From: a virus
Lineage: Duplodnaviria; Caudoviricetes
Virus record (IMG/VR): IMGVR_UViG_3300014039_000012
Coordinates: 96,001 to 160,000 of that record
DNA length: 64,000 nucleotides
Strand: one strand, 5' to 3'
Shown: one piece after another, positions 20,364 to 31,039 of the stretch
Layout: each line of letters begins with the position of its first letter
Position numbering within the stretch: the first letter of the stretch is position 1
Notes under the pieces: model-generated
Databases searched by the model: none
What the model was told of the DNA's origin: nothing
What the model saw: only the letters and a program-made list of their open reading frames with translations
Translations under genes and position numbers: made by a program

Positions 20364-20810
20364 ATGATTTATCGAGAAGAAGTTCGAGATCTTTTTTCCG
20401 TCCCGGAGGATTACTATCTCGCGCATTGTATTAGCGCTGATTTTGGTATGGGAAAGGGAATTGTCGTAGAATTCAACAAACGCTTCAATATGAAACGCAT
20501 TCTTCAATCAAAATATCCGGATTATGTCAACCAGTTTCATCGACAGAAGAGACTATTCGGTTGTATTCTTGAAGACCGTGTTTTCAACCTGATTACGAAA
20601 GAACGGTATTTTGAGAAACCAACATATGAGACGATGCTTGGCGCGTTGAGCGAAATGAAGGTTTTGTGTTGGCTTGAAAAGATTCGCAAAATCGCAATGC
20701 CGATAATCGGATGCGGGCTGGATGGACTGGAATGGGACAAGGTTTCTAAAATCGTTAAATATGTTTTTCAAGAAGAAGATATCGAAATTTTGGTTTGCCG
20801 GAAAGAGTAA
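20364..20810 (+). CDS. Macrodomain ADP-ribosyl hydrolase (TARG1/DarG/Poa1-like)
   Basis: DLF...AHCISADFGMGKGIVVEF, FNLITKE, IAMPIIGCGLDGLEW. Confidence 0.85.
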   Translation: MIYREEVRDLFSVPEDYYLAHCISADFGMGKGIVVEFNKRFNMKRILQSKYPDYVNQFHRQKRLFGCILEDRVFNLITKERYFEKPTYETMLGALSEMKVLCWLEKIRKIAMPIIGCGLDGLEWDKVSKIVKYVFQEEDIEILVCRKE

Positions 20811-20833
20811 AAAAAAATAAATAAAAATTTTTC

Positions 20834-20871
20834 AAAAGACTCTTGACAAAAGAGTCTTTTTGTGATATAAT
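20834..20871 (+). promoter_or_regulatory. sigmaA promoter with -35 inside a hairpin
   Basis: TTGACA 20843-20848, TATAAT 20866-20871. Stem AAAAGACTCTT/AAGAGTCTTTT. Confidence 0.9.
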
Positions 20872-20897
20872 AATAGCAGAGAGGATGGTGTTTATAT

Positions 20898-21422
20898 ATG
20901 AGATTATGGCACATTGATTTAATCCCGTATTTGCCGAAATCACAACTAATCGCACAATGGAGAGAACTTAATTCGATCTATAAGAAGCAAGACAATCATA
21001 TTCTGATCAACTATGTTTATAACTATGACAAAAAATATCTCCTGTATTATTCTAATCGTGTCTTGTTCGAAATGGAAAAGCGAGGAATTAAGGTTAAATC
21101 GTTTGAGAATTATTTTGATTATTTTTTGGGCGTCGGATATTCTGAATCGGAACAGCCGCTCCGGTTTATCGAGCACAACGATGAATATCTTCTCTGCAAT
21201 TATTATAATCTTTTGGAAAAATATCGGCGAGGGCAGAAAGATTTTTCGCAGGAAGAGTTTAAACGGTTGACCGATTTTGTCAACGGGAAAGAGAGCAAGG
21301 GCGTCGATGCTCTTTCAACAATTCACGATTTATGCATTGATTATGACGGTTTCAATACGGTCGATGGATTAAAATCGTTAATCGATGACATTCGAGCAAT
21401 TACGGAGGACAGCCTAAAATGA
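20898..21422 (+). CDS. Pyrimidine-dimer DNA glycosylase/endonuclease V-like protein
   Basis: MRLWH.DLIPYLP..QL.AQWRE...EMEKRG...EH...YL. Confidence 0.7.
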   Translation: MRLWHIDLIPYLPKSQLIAQWRELNSIYKKQDNHILINYVYNYDKKYLLYYSNRVLFEMEKRGIKVKSFENYFDYFLGVGYSESEQPLRFIEHNDEYLLCNYYNLLEKYRRGQKDFSQEEFKRLTDFVNGKESKGVDALSTIHDLCIDYDGFNTVDGLKSLIDDIRAITEDSLK

Positions 21423-21643
21423 AAGTTTGTATTTTCGTGTTTTCCATCGTGTTGGTTTTGATTGGATCAAAATGTTTTCCGGATTTCTTGACTGCTGTAT
21501 TTTTTCTAACGGCAATTATTTCTGGAACTTCGATGTTTTGCGATCAACGAAAGAAAAAATAAAATGAAAATATTAACAAAATTGTCATTTTATTCGCGAC
21601 AGAGCAATGGAATGAAAATTATTTGGGGGGGGGGTAAAAACAA

Positions 21644-21982
21644 ATGGAAATGTGGATCGAAAATAAAGGAGCCTATTTGCGCACCCGTTTGTTTGGTCTG
21701 AATACGGATCCGAGAAAACCATTTAGATGTTATTGTCTCGGATGCGGAGACGAAATTAAATGGCGCGATAAAGATGCGATAACTCTTCCAGATACTAATG
21801 AAAATATCGATCAGAATCTATTATATCTTGGGAAAGAATATGTTCCGCTGAGAATCTATCAATCTGCACACAAAGGAAAAGACGGAAAATATCGAATCTG
21901 CTTATGTAAAAAGTGTCTAAAAACTTTTGGAGGATATGAAGAATGGATGAAAAATCTTATTTTGTCGACAATAGAGCGGTAG
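21644..21982 (+). CDS. Hypothetical Zn-binding protein
   Basis: CxxC pairs. Confidence 0.5.
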   Translation: MEMWIENKGAYLRTRLFGLNTDPRKPFRCYCLGCGDEIKWRDKDAITLPDTNENIDQNLLYLGKEYVPLRIYQSAHKGKDGKYRICLCKKCLKTFGGYEEWMKNLILSTIER

Positions 21983-22392
21983 AAGGACAGAAATTCATCG
22001 CTCAAAAGGTCGTTGCTAAAATTACTTTTTGCGGCGTATTCGAGATGGAGGTTTATGATTATATGAACTGGAATCCTCCGACTTTTGAACAGATCAAAAA
22101 TCTGAAAGAAACTTTCAATATTGATGTGGAATTAATGGGTGACGTGGCAAAAGATAACAAAATGAAAACATATAAAATTTACGAAGAAGGATATCGTGCG
22201 ACAGGAGAGTCTGTTGGTGCTCATTATGTTGGCGAGGCCGAAGGTAAATCGTTTATCGATGCTTGTAAAAACTTTATTAAAAAGAATAATAAAGGAAAAA
22301 TCAAAATCGATTCATTTGGAAATGAATACGCAGCTGATTGGGGATGTCGCTGGTTTCCAACACTCGAAGAAGCGCAGAAGTCTTTTGGATGA
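21943..22392 (+). CDS. Hypothetical protein (start uncertain)
   Basis: C-terminal EGYRATGE...WGCRWF...EAQKSFG phage domain. Confidence 0.5.
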   Translation: MDEKSYFVDNRAVEGQKFIAQKVVAKITFCGVFEMEVYDYMNWNPPTFEQIKNLKETFNIDVELMGDVAKDNKMKTYKIYEEGYRATGESVGAHYVGEAEGKSFIDACKNFIKKNNKGKIKIDSFGNEYAADWGCRWFPTLEEAQKSFG

Positions 22393-22406
22393 GGGAAGGG
22401 ATAAAA

Positions 22407-22883
22407 ATGAATCGTGAAATATTATTTCGAGGAAAGAGCGTAGAAACAAATGAGTGGGTTTATGGAACATATCTTTTAGAAAAATATAGTAATACTCCAT
22501 ATATTTGTTATTTTGAATATGGTACATTTGTAAATATTAAACAGATTGAAGTTCATCCAGAAACCGTCGGTGAATTTACCGGAATGACAGACAAAAACGG
22601 AACAAAAATCTTCGAGGGAGATATTGTTAGAACACAACCATTCTATGATCGTCCATATTCCACAACGCGAAAAGAAAAACAGTTCTTGGGAGTTGTCGAA
22701 CATTATATCAAAACATTTCGAAATCCCGGCAGTCCAACAAATGGACAAAAATACGATTCGTCTTGGCGGGTAAACATTGTAGAAGATATAGTAGATTATG
22801 GCTGTTATAATTGGACTCGTTTTTGGAATTGTGAAGTTGTTGGGAATAAATTTGATAATCCAGAACTTTTGTCGAAAGAATAA
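22407..22883 (+). CDS. YopX-family protein
   Basis: MNREILFRGK...WVYG...GEFTGMTDKNG.KIFEGDIV...EVVGNKFDNPELL. Confidence 0.85.
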   Translation: MNREILFRGKSVETNEWVYGTYLLEKYSNTPYICYFEYGTFVNIKQIEVHPETVGEFTGMTDKNGTKIFEGDIVRTQPFYDRPYSTTRKEKQFLGVVEHYIKTFRNPGSPTNGQKYDSSWRVNIVEDIVDYGCYNWTRFWNCEVVGNKFDNPELLSKE

Positions 22884-22898
22884 AAGGAGAAATTTATT

Positions 22899-23213
22899 AT
22901 GAACAGAATGAAAGATTTTATTGATCCTCATTTGCCAATTCCGTTCTGTATTTCCGGTTGGGACAACGGCAACAAAATTTTATATCAGTGCCCGAAGTGT
23001 CGCGCATCTTTTCAGTTTTTCGGAGACTTGGAAAAATATTGCCATAACTGTGGAAGAAAGATTGAATGGAAATTTTCTCCAACATTTTTAGATGCTGACG
23101 AAAAAGTAGAATATAACCTCTGGCCGCAAGAAGAAGCTCTGGCGTTTCTGCGTATTTTGTATCAAAGGGCTAAAAAGAGAAAAGAAGAAGCAGAAATGGA
23201 GAAAATTAAATGA
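22899..23213 (+). CDS. Zinc-ribbon hypothetical protein
   Basis: CPKC...YCHNCGRKIEW. Confidence 0.55.
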   Translation: MNRMKDFIDPHLPIPFCISGWDNGNKILYQCPKCRASFQFFGDLEKYCHNCGRKIEWKFSPTFLDADEKVEYNLWPQEEALAFLRILYQRAKKRKEEAEMEKIK

Positions 23214-23474
23214 TTTGGTCTGAAAAAAATATCTTTCGATGGATTTGACGAGAAAGTTTCAGAATGGTGTAAGGTGCATAATTTCCTTGGAGATCCTCCA
23301 ATCGACGCACAATTTGCTCTCGATCTAATTTTCAAAACATTAATCGATGACAAAGAACATCTCGATTATCTGACAACAATGCCCGGTTCTATTGAACAAT
23401 CTAACAGTTTAACGCTGGATATAATTTGTGGAAATATAGCCGTTCATATCGAAAGTGAAAAAAGAAGAAGCTAA
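23210..23474 (+). pseudogene. Probable frameshifted small gene
   Basis: ATG 23210 is coupled to the previous stop but ends after 12 codons. Deleting one A from the A7 run at 23223-23229 joins it to ORF 23274..23474. Confidence 0.4.
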
Positions 23475-23493
23475 AAGAATGTAGAAAGGAGAA

Positions 23494-23883
23494 GTGGTTA
23501 TGAGCAAGTGTGATTGTTATCGCGTAGAATCCGAAATCCATCGGTTTGCAGATGCGGACGGAGGATCTGTTTATGGAAATATCAATGTTCCTCGTTGCTG
23601 GGGGACAAAGGAAAAGGATGTCTGCGATTGTAGCGGAGATAAATCAAAGTGCAATTTTTACGAAAGAGTTCGCGCAGAGGCGGCAGAAGAGAAGAAAGTT
23701 TCCAAAAATAAAGACGTTTTCGAAGAAATTGAAGATCTGATTGGAGAATATTGGGGGACGGACCCGATTTATTATATTGGTTCAGAGGACGAACAGGAGA
23801 CAAGTGCGGCTAAATTGTGTTGTAAAATTTTGGAAGCAATTCGGATTGCGCAAGAAGGAGGAACCGATGAAAAAAATTCTTGA
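23494..23883 (+). CDS. Hypothetical protein
   Basis: Cys-rich CWGTKE.D.C.C.GD..KC.FY domain. Confidence 0.55.
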   Translation: MVMSKCDCYRVESEIHRFADADGGSVYGNINVPRCWGTKEKDVCDCSGDKSKCNFYERVRAEAAEEKKVSKNKDVFEEIEDLIGEYWGTDPIYYIGSEDEQETSAAKLCCKILEAIRIAQEGGTDEKNS

Positions 23884-24178
23884 AAACACTGCTGAAACTC
23901 GCGAATATCTTAAATCTCTTCCGAAAATCTATATGATTGCGAAATGGGCTGGATATGGCGTTCGAGAATTTCCGTTCGCTGGGAAATATACGGAAAACGG
24001 CATTCCGCTTATTTTCGATTATGACGATCAAAACGGAACTTGTGACTGCTACTTTTTGCGCAAACTAACAGATACCACAACAGGCTGGATTTATGCGTGG
24101 ACAACAAGCAAGAGTCGCGCTGAAGAAATTGCGGTAGCGTTGAATGAAAAATTCGGAGAAAATTGGAGAAACCAATGA
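23867..24178 (+). CDS. Hypothetical protein
   Basis: GGAGG RBS before ATG 23867. Confidence 0.55.
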   Translation: MKKILENTAETREYLKSLPKIYMIAKWAGYGVREFPFAGKYTENGIPLIFDYDDQNGTCDCYFLRKLTDTTTGWIYAWTTSKSRAEEIAVALNEKFGENWRNQ

Positions 24179-24274
24179 TGTCAATTATTCTGTCTTCAAT
24201 TGCTATTGTTTTATCTATTGCGTCGCTTTTGATTATGCTTTCAATAGATCACGATAACAATTAAATTATTTTTC

Positions 24275-24312
24275 AAAAAGCCCTTGACAAAAGGGCTTTT
24301 TTGTGTTATAAT
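24275..24312 (+). promoter_or_regulatory. sigmaA promoter with -35 inside a hairpin
   Basis: TTGACA 24284-24289, TATAAT 24307-24312. Stem AAAAAGCCCTT/AAGGGCTTTTT. Confidence 0.9.
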
Positions 24313-24345
24313 AATAGTAGGAATAAAGCAGGAGGAGAAATTATT

Positions 24346-24969
24346 ATGGATTCAACTTATTATGGCGAGGAAATGTTTTTCGATAATGGGAATATGGGAA
24401 GCGATAATGCCGACAAGAGATTTCTTGAATCTTTTGCCAAAACCGAAAGACTTCTCAAAAATCAGGAACAGATCATCGAAGACGCACAGGAACTCAGAAG
24501 GCTTCTTGTAATGAATCAAAGAACCAAAATTATCTCCTATAAAACAATCTACGATCTTTCCGGACCGATAATCAAAAAAGCACAGGAAGAACTCTCCGAA
24601 AAGGATGGTCGAAAAAAGAAAGACAATCTTCATTGGCTTGAAAAACAGATTCACGATGACTTCGTCCCGACTTGGAGCGGAATTAAAATTACCGAATTCG
24701 CGACCTACGGGGTTGGTGCGGTTTCAAATATTGTTTATTTTACCAATCTCGACAACGGCGGAGAATACTTTCTCTATATTCCAAATAAAGCAAATATGAG
24801 TGTTAGCGATAGATACTGGGATGATTATTACGGTCGGTTTTGTTCTGGAAGGAAAAACGGAGTCCATATGAATCTATTCACGTGGGCATATACGATTAAC
24901 GAAGTTAAAGTCGGGGTTTTCAATTATCAGCAGGAGCATAAATTGGAAGAGTATGGCAGCAACAAGTAA
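24346..24969 (+). CDS. Hypothetical protein
   Basis: GGAGG RBS; first gene after the promoter. Confidence 0.6.
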   Translation: MDSTYYGEEMFFDNGNMGSDNADKRFLESFAKTERLLKNQEQIIEDAQELRRLLVMNQRTKIISYKTIYDLSGPIIKKAQEELSEKDGRKKKDNLHWLEKQIHDDFVPTWSGIKITEFATYGVGAVSNIVYFTNLDNGGEYFLYIPNKANMSVSDRYWDDYYGRFCSGRKNGVHMNLFTWAYTINEVKVGVFNYQQEHKLEEYGSNK

Positions 24970-27319
24970 AATTCTTGTCGAGGGGTTTGTTAATAAACAA
25001 ATCTTTCCACGAACAAAAGTAAAAAGCGGAGATTTTGCGATATTTACCTTTTCTCCCGATAACATAAAGGGGGAAATTGATCCTCGAACAAAAGAAAATA
25101 AAGGCGGATATAAAAGTAACGATATCGTTTTTAAAGGGCGCGTTCCAGAACTTGATGGTGGAACAAAATATAAAATCTTGGCAGAATTAAAGCAAGATCC
25201 AAAATATGGATGGCAGTATAATATTTTAAACATCAATTCTGTTGTCAAGCTTGACACAGAAAAAGATATTCGCACTTTTCTCGGGTATGTTTTCACAGAA
25301 TCGCAAATCGATGCCTTGTATTCAAAATTTCCAAATCCCATTGAAGTTCTCGAAGAAAACGATGTTGAAAAATTGTGTGAAGTAAAAGGAATCAGAGAAT
25401 CGAAGGCTAAAAAAATTCTTGAAAAATATCACGCTTCGAAAGATAATAGCAATGCATATACGGCGCTTGCAGAATTCGGTCTTTCAAAAGTAACAATCGA
25501 CAGACTTGTGAAACATTATGGTTCTGCCGATATTCTTGTTGAAAAAATCCAAAAAAATCCATACTCTTTAATTGGTGAAGGCGCTCGAATCGGTTGGCAA
25601 AAAGCAGATAGTATGGCCCTTCGTAAAGGTATTCCAACAAATTCACAGTTTAGAATTCGAGCCTTTGCACTGTATTATCTTCGTAATCTTGCGGAAGTCG
25701 ACGGACATACTTGGGTCGCGCTTGAAGCACTCGGTTCAAATATCAAGGGGCTTTCTCCTAGCGATATTTCGGTAGAGATGGTAAAAAACGAGCTTCGTAA
25801 AATGGTTGTTGAGGGGATTTTGTATTACGAGCCAGAAACGAAGCGAGTTGGGTTGATGAAATATCGAAAACTCGAAGAGATGATTTGTCGTGAGCTAATT
25901 CGGCTTCGAGACGTAGAACCTAAAAAAATGGACTTCGTTGAAGAGACAATCGCGGAATGCGAAGAGGCTGTTGGGTTTAAATATACCGACGAACAGAAGA
26001 GCGCAATTGAAAAAATTGTAAATGAAAATGTTATTTTATTGACCGGCCTGGGAGGAAGCGGGAAATCTTCGTTAATGTACCCCGTGTCTCGCATTTTTCG
26101 ACGCAACGGATTGAGATTCGATATTTGCGCACTTTCTGGGAAAGCATCTCTAAATCTTCGTCATATAACGCACGAGAACGGAATGACAATTCATAAACTC
26201 CTTGGATGGCGTCCTGGAATGAAAAGTTTTATTCATCATCGCGAAAATCCGCTAATTTCTGACGCGATTATTTTGGATGAAGTTTCGATGGTTGGAGGAG
26301 AACTTTTTTATCGCCTTCTTGAGGCAATTCGAGATGGATCAAAATTAATTATGATCGGCGACCCTGGACAGCTGGAATCAATTGGTTTATGTAATCTAAT
26401 TTCAGATATTCGAAATTCTGGAAAAATTTCGTCCGTTCATCTTTCCGAAATATTCCGACAGGCGCAAATGTCTGGAATCATCACCGATTCTCACAAAGTA
26501 TATAATCAGCAACCGATTATCGATCCAAAATTTATTGGAGAAGAAATTCACGGAGAATTGAAAGATCTATATATCGGGAGCTATCTTTCTGGCGGAACTT
26601 GTTATCAAAAAGTCGTAGACAATTTTAATAAATTATATTTTGATGAAAATCATCCACTCGAAGATATTGTTATTGTAACGGCAAAAAGAACTATTGGAGA
26701 ATTGTCTTCTCGCGCATTAAATGAAAAGATTCAAGAAACACTCGGATTCGAAGGAGACGGTTTGAGAGTATACTATAAAGACGGTGTTGAATATGAGATA
26801 AATTATCACGTTGGAGATAGAGTTCTTGTTACTAAAAATAAATATGATGCGGCGCTGATGTCGGATGATTTAGAAGAAGAAAAAGGAGAAATAGAAATCT
26901 TTAATGGAAACATCGGAACAGTCCGAAAAGTTTCTGTTCGAGATCGATATTTAATTGCCGAATTTCCGCAAGGAAATGTTATGATAAATGGTGATATGCT
27001 TTTAAATCTTCAACTCGGATATGCTATCACATGCCACAAATTGCAAGGATCGGGAGTTCAATATGTAATCGTAGCGTGCGACCCCGCCGCCTATATGATG
27101 CTTACGAAAGAGTGGTTGTATACCGCGTTATCGCGTGCTAAAAAATATTGTGTATTAATTGGAACGAATAAATCAATTACTCAATGCGTGAAAACGACGA
27201 GAGTTACTAAAAAATCGACGTGGTTGGCGGAACTGCTAATGTTCCCTGAAAGAATTAGTTGTATTCGAATGACGGATACGTCGCAAGATGAAACGAATTT
27301 TGACGAGGAGGATGATTAA
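24953..27319 (+). CDS. recD2: RecD2-like SF1B helicase
   Basis: HhH region, Walker A GLGGSGKS, TIHKLL, ILDEVSM, IGDPGQL, IFRQ, FNGNIG, YAITCHKLQGS, LYTALSRAK. Confidence 0.9.
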   Translation: MAATSKILVEGFVNKQIFPRTKVKSGDFAIFTFSPDNIKGEIDPRTKENKGGYKSNDIVFKGRVPELDGGTKYKILAELKQDPKYGWQYNILNINSVVKLDTEKDIRTFLGYVFTESQIDALYSKFPNPIEVLEENDVEKLCEVKGIRESKAKKILEKYHASKDNSNAYTALAEFGLSKVTIDRLVKHYGSADILVEKIQKNPYSLIGEGARIGWQKADSMALRKGIPTNSQFRIRAFALYYLRNLAEVDGHTWVALEALGSNIKGLSPSDISVEMVKNELRKMVVEGILYYEPETKRVGLMKYRKLEEMICRELIRLRDVEPKKMDFVEETIAECEEAVGFKYTDEQKSAIEKIVNENVILLTGLGGSGKSSLMYPVSRIFRRNGLRFDICALSGKASLNLRHITHENGMTIHKLLGWRPGMKSFIHHRENPLISDAIILDEVSMVGGELFYRLLEAIRDGSKLIMIGDPGQLESIGLCNLISDIRNSGKISSVHLSEIFRQAQMSGIITDSHKVYNQQPIIDPKFIGEEIHGELKDLYIGSYLSGGTCYQKVVDNFNKLYFDENHPLEDIVIVTAKRTIGELSSRALNEKIQETLGFEGDGLRVYYKDGVEYEINYHVGDRVLVTKNKYDAALMSDDLEEEKGEIEIFNGNIGTVRKVSVRDRYLIAEFPQGNVMINGDMLLNLQLGYAITCHKLQGSGVQYVIVACDPAAYMMLTKEWLYTALSRAKKYCVLIGTNKSITQCVKTTRVTKKSTWLAELLMFPERISCIRMTDTSQDETNFDEEDD

Positions 27320-27323
27320 CAAA

Positions 27324-27668
27324 ATGTTCACGATTTTTCAAATTCATGAAATTTCCGGAGAATACGAAGACTATCGAGACGTAATTGTCGGTTCTTATCT
27401 TCACAAAGAACGAGCAGAAGAGGTTTTAAAAAATCTTCGAGACGAAGAAGATAAAAGGCGAGCTCGAGCTCAAAAATGTCGAGAATGCCCTGTTCGAGAG
27501 CACGACCGAGAACTTTACTCAGCAATTAGCGAATATTGCGAAGATTTCGACGAGGAATATGAATTGGATGATGGAGAAGAGCAACTGTTTTGCGGGAACG
27601 AATATTATTCATATTCAGCATACGACGATCTTTATTACGAAATGAAAGAAGTGGAGGTAGAAGAATGA
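27324..27668 (+). CDS. Hypothetical acidic protein
   Basis: GGAGG RBS; CxxC. Confidence 0.55.
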   Translation: MFTIFQIHEISGEYEDYRDVIVGSYLHKERAEEVLKNLRDEEDKRRARAQKCRECPVREHDRELYSAISEYCEDFDEEYELDDGEEQLFCGNEYYSYSAYDDLYYEMKEVEVEE

Positions 27669-27922
27669 TATCACAAGAACATATCCCCGGGAAACCGATG
27701 TATTCTATCGGTGACCACGTTTCGTTTCAAATGACCATTGACCAAAACGTCGAAACCTTCGACGGAACCATCGAGATCGTCGACAAATACGGTGCGTGGG
27801 AAATTGATAATCCACGCGAACCATCATATGATATTATGGTTGAGGACTGGCGGGGGAGCGGAGAGCCGATGTTTGTCAAACACGTTAGAGAATCAAATAT
27901 CGTAAAAATTACGAAAGGATAA
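27665..27922 (+). CDS. Small SH3/KOW-like protein
   Basis: YSIGDHVSF...GTIEIVD...SYDIMVE...KHVRES. Confidence 0.5.
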   Translation: MISQEHIPGKPMYSIGDHVSFQMTIDQNVETFDGTIEIVDKYGAWEIDNPREPSYDIMVEDWRGSGEPMFVKHVRESNIVKITKG

Positions 27923-27927
27923 TAATT

Positions 27928-29595
27928 ATGTTATCAGATATCGAAATTGCACAGAAAACAAAACCGAAGCACATTAAAGATGTTGCTAAAACTGCTGGAG
28001 TTCCTGAAAAATATATTGAGCAGTATGGCAATTATAAGGCAAAAATCGACTTAAAATTCCTTGAAAAATCAAAAAAGAAAAATGGAAAACTAATCCTTGT
28101 GACCGCAATGACGCCAACTCCTGCCGGCGAGGGCAAGACAACTACGACAGTTGGGCTTGCCGACGGGTTGCGCAAGATTGGTAAAAAATCTATCGTCGCC
28201 CTGCGCGAGCCGTCTCTTGGTCCGGTATTTGGAGTAAAAGGTGGGGCTTGTGGCGGCGGCTACGCGCAGGTCATCCCGATGGAGGACATCAATCTGCACT
28301 TCACCGGAGATTTCCACGCTATCGGTGCGGCAAACAACCTGCTTGCGGCAATGTTGGATAATCATATAAAGCAGGGAAACGAACTTGGAATCGATCCGCA
28401 AAAAATTACTTGGAAACGGTGCGTCGATATGAATGATCGACAATTGCGTAATATTGTCGATGGGCTTGGCGGAAACACGAATGGCGTAACGAGAGAAGAT
28501 GGATTCGATATCACGGTAGCCTCGGAAATTATGGCGGTATTTTGTCTTGCAAATTCGCTCGAAGATTTGAAGAACCGGCTTGGGAAAATCATCGTCGGAT
28601 ATACTTATAACGACGAACCTATAACCGCGAACGATCTTCGAGCAACAGGAGCGATGACGGCGTTGTTGAAAGACGCCATTAAGCCAAATCTCGTTCAAAC
28701 GCTCGAAGGAACTCCGGCGCTCGTTCACGGCGGACCATTCGCGAATATTGCCCACGGTTGTAATTCAATTCTTGCGACAAAAATGGCATTAAAACTCGGA
28801 GATTATGTTGTAACAGAAGCAGGATTCGGTGCTGATTTAGGGGCTGAAAAGTTCATCGATATTAAATGCCGAACTGCTGGATTTCATCCAAACGCAATTG
28901 TTATTGTAGTAACAATTCGCGCACTTAAAATGCACGGAGGAGTTGCAAAAGCTGATTTGGACAAGGAAAACCTCGAAGCTATAGAAATAGGCATCGAAAA
29001 TTTGATTCAGCACGTTAGCAATATTCACAGAACTTATGTTCCATATGTTGTGGCAATCAACAGATTTGCAACAGACACAAACGAAGAAGTCGAATTTTTG
29101 AAGAAATTGTGTAGCGATCGAGATATTAATGTTGTCGTTTGTGATTCTTGGGCAAAAGGCGGAAAAGGAGCAGAAGATCTCGCAAAGGAAGTCGTTCGGT
29201 TGTGCGAAGAAGATTCGTCCGATTTTACGTATTTGTATCACACAGAAGATTCAATCGAAAAAAAGATTAAAACCGTGGTGGAAGATGTTTATTGTGGTTC
29301 CGATATCAATATTCTTCCTTCGGCAAAAAGACAAATTGAAAAACTTGAGAGATTCGGATTTGGAAATCTCCCAATTTGTATCGCAAAGACACAATATAGT
29401 TTTTCCGATAATCCAACGCTTCTTAATGCTCCAATTGGATTTACGGTAACAATCAAAAATCTTAAAGTTTGCGCAGGGGCTGGATTCATTGTGGTACTGA
29501 CAGGAGATATTATGACGATGCCCGGGCTTCCAAAGCATCCTGCGGCTGAAAATATCGACGTTGACGAAGATGGTAAAATTATTGGATTATTCTAA
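27928..29595 (+). CDS. fhs: Formate--tetrahydrofolate ligase
   Basis: Full-length 555 aa: [69 protein letters not shown]. Confidence 0.97.
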   Translation: MLSDIEIAQKTKPKHIKDVAKTAGVPEKYIEQYGNYKAKIDLKFLEKSKKKNGKLILVTAMTPTPAGEGKTTTTVGLADGLRKIGKKSIVALREPSLGPVFGVKGGACGGGYAQVIPMEDINLHFTGDFHAIGAANNLLAAMLDNHIKQGNELGIDPQKITWKRCVDMNDRQLRNIVDGLGGNTNGVTREDGFDITVASEIMAVFCLANSLEDLKNRLGKIIVGYTYNDEPITANDLRATGAMTALLKDAIKPNLVQTLEGTPALVHGGPFANIAHGCNSILATKMALKLGDYVVTEAGFGADLGAEKFIDIKCRTAGFHPNAIVIVVTIRALKMHGGVAKADLDKENLEAIEIGIENLIQHVSNIHRTYVPYVVAINRFATDTNEEVEFLKKLCSDRDINVVVCDSWAKGGKGAEDLAKEVVRLCEEDSSDFTYLYHTEDSIEKKIKTVVEDVYCGSDINILPSAKRQIEKLERFGFGNLPICIAKTQYSFSDNPTLLNAPIGFTVTIKNLKVCAGAGFIVVLTGDIMTMPGLPKHPAAENIDVDEDGKIIGLF

Positions 29596-29606
29596 ATTAT
29601 TTTTTC

Positions 29607-29643
29607 AAAAGCCCTTGACAAAGGGCTTTTTTTATGGTATAAT
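29607..29643 (+). promoter_or_regulatory. sigmaA promoter with -35 inside a hairpin
   Basis: TTGACA 29615-29620, TATAAT 29638-29643. Stem AAAAGCCCTT/AAGGGCTTTT followed by more T. Confidence 0.9.
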
Positions 29644-29668
29644 ATTAGTAGAAACGAGGTGAGTATTT

Positions 29669-30784
29669 ATGGTGACCAATTATTTATTAGAATTCATTCA
29701 AAACCACCCTAATGATTGGGAAGAAAAATTGTCATCCAACCCCTACAACCTGAAGATTTCTAGAGACGGTCCGTATGTGATGTTCAAGTATAATCAACTT
29801 TCTTCGGACTTCTCCGATCCAATCGTCCGCGAGGCACGTGGAATCATCTTCCGAGGAGACAATTGGAAGTGCGTTAGACGGGCTTTCGATAAGTTTTTCA
29901 ATTACGGAGAACCGAACGCGGTGGAGATCGATTGGAATACGGCGAGGGTTCAGACCAAAGTAGATGGAAGTTTGATTAGCGGGTGGTTTGATGATGGTAA
30001 GTGGCATTATTCAACCAATGGAACTATCGATGCCTATAAAGCTCCGACTGGAGACATCAAGCTTCCAACTTTCGGAGATGTTCTAGAAGAAGCTTTTCGT
30101 AACAATGATATTACGAAAGAGAAGTTCGAACAGACGGCTTCCAGACTCGTTTGCTATACTTTCGAACTCGTCTCCCCACAAACTCGCGTCGTAATTCCAT
30201 ATGAGAAGCCGGATTTGTATTTCATTGGACACCGAGTGATGCCAACTGAACGTGAAATGAGTCCTGAAGAGTCTATTATTTCCGAGTTTTTCAAGACTCC
30301 GAAGGAATACGACTTTCATTCTGCGCAAGACGTTATCAATGCGGCGAAAGAACTTCCGTGGGACGAAGAGGGTTACGTCGTTGTTGATGACAATTTCAAT
30401 CGCGTTAAAATCAAATCTCCTGCGTGGCTGGTTGCGCACTACGCAAGATCAAATAATTCGATTTCCAAAGAGTCTTTAATTCAGGTGGTTCTCGACGGAG
30501 AACAGGAAGAGTTTCTCGTTTATGCCGATGATTATCGCGAAGAACTCGAATCGGTCGAACAAGAAATGAATGGTTTTATCGAAGAGCTGAGCAAGGCCGC
30601 AAGAGAAATGAAGAAAAAATACGCGGCAGAAGTTCTAAAGTATCCGAAATCACTTCAACCGTATCTATTTTCAAAGATAACTAATCAAGATGCGGGTGAT
30701 TGGGTAAAAGAAAATATGACGTCTTTCAAATGGGTGAAATACCTGGAAGCAAGAAAGGAGCAAAACAATGGCGAGAAAGAATAA
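29669..30784 (+). CDS. T4 Rnl1-like RNA ligase
   Basis: EARGIIF, FDKFFNYGE, motif I KVDGSL, FELVSP, EEGYVV, RVKIKS. Confidence 0.85.
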   Translation: MVTNYLLEFIQNHPNDWEEKLSSNPYNLKISRDGPYVMFKYNQLSSDFSDPIVREARGIIFRGDNWKCVRRAFDKFFNYGEPNAVEIDWNTARVQTKVDGSLISGWFDDGKWHYSTNGTIDAYKAPTGDIKLPTFGDVLEEAFRNNDITKEKFEQTASRLVCYTFELVSPQTRVVIPYEKPDLYFIGHRVMPTEREMSPEESIISEFFKTPKEYDFHSAQDVINAAKELPWDEEGYVVVDDNFNRVKIKSPAWLVAHYARSNNSISKESLIQVVLDGEQEEFLVYADDYREELESVEQEMNGFIEELSKAAREMKKKYAAEVLKYPKSLQPYLFSKITNQDAGDWVKENMTSFKWVKYLEARKEQNNGEKE

Positions 30785-31037
30785 GCTGGAACGATTGGAA
30801 ACAATCAATCACGAAGGACATCGATATTCCGAGTTCGCGTTGTTCGTTGTAAAGAATCGCGTCGGTTTCGGAGATGGAACACAAGAAGATATTTCTATTC
30901 AGGTCGTAGCAGAATCCGACGCCGATGCGAAAAGAGTTGCGCGAGACATTTTATATAATGAAGATGGTTTTCGTGTGAGCGATGTTTTCGAGCAAGAAAC
31001 GGCGGAGGCTGAAAGTTTCTGGATGGAGGAGTTTTAA
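30768..31037 (+). CDS. Hypothetical protein
   Basis: AAAGGAG RBS; lies between ligase and kinase. Confidence 0.55.
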   Translation: MARKNKLERLETINHEGHRYSEFALFVVKNRVGFGDGTQEDISIQVVAESDADAKRVARDILYNEDGFRVSDVFEQETAEAESFWMEEF

Positions 31038-31039
31038 AA

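Noticed and set aside
27860-27927. THF/ZTP riboswitch upstream of fhs
   Set aside because: fhs starts 5 nt after the previous stop; there is no leader space.
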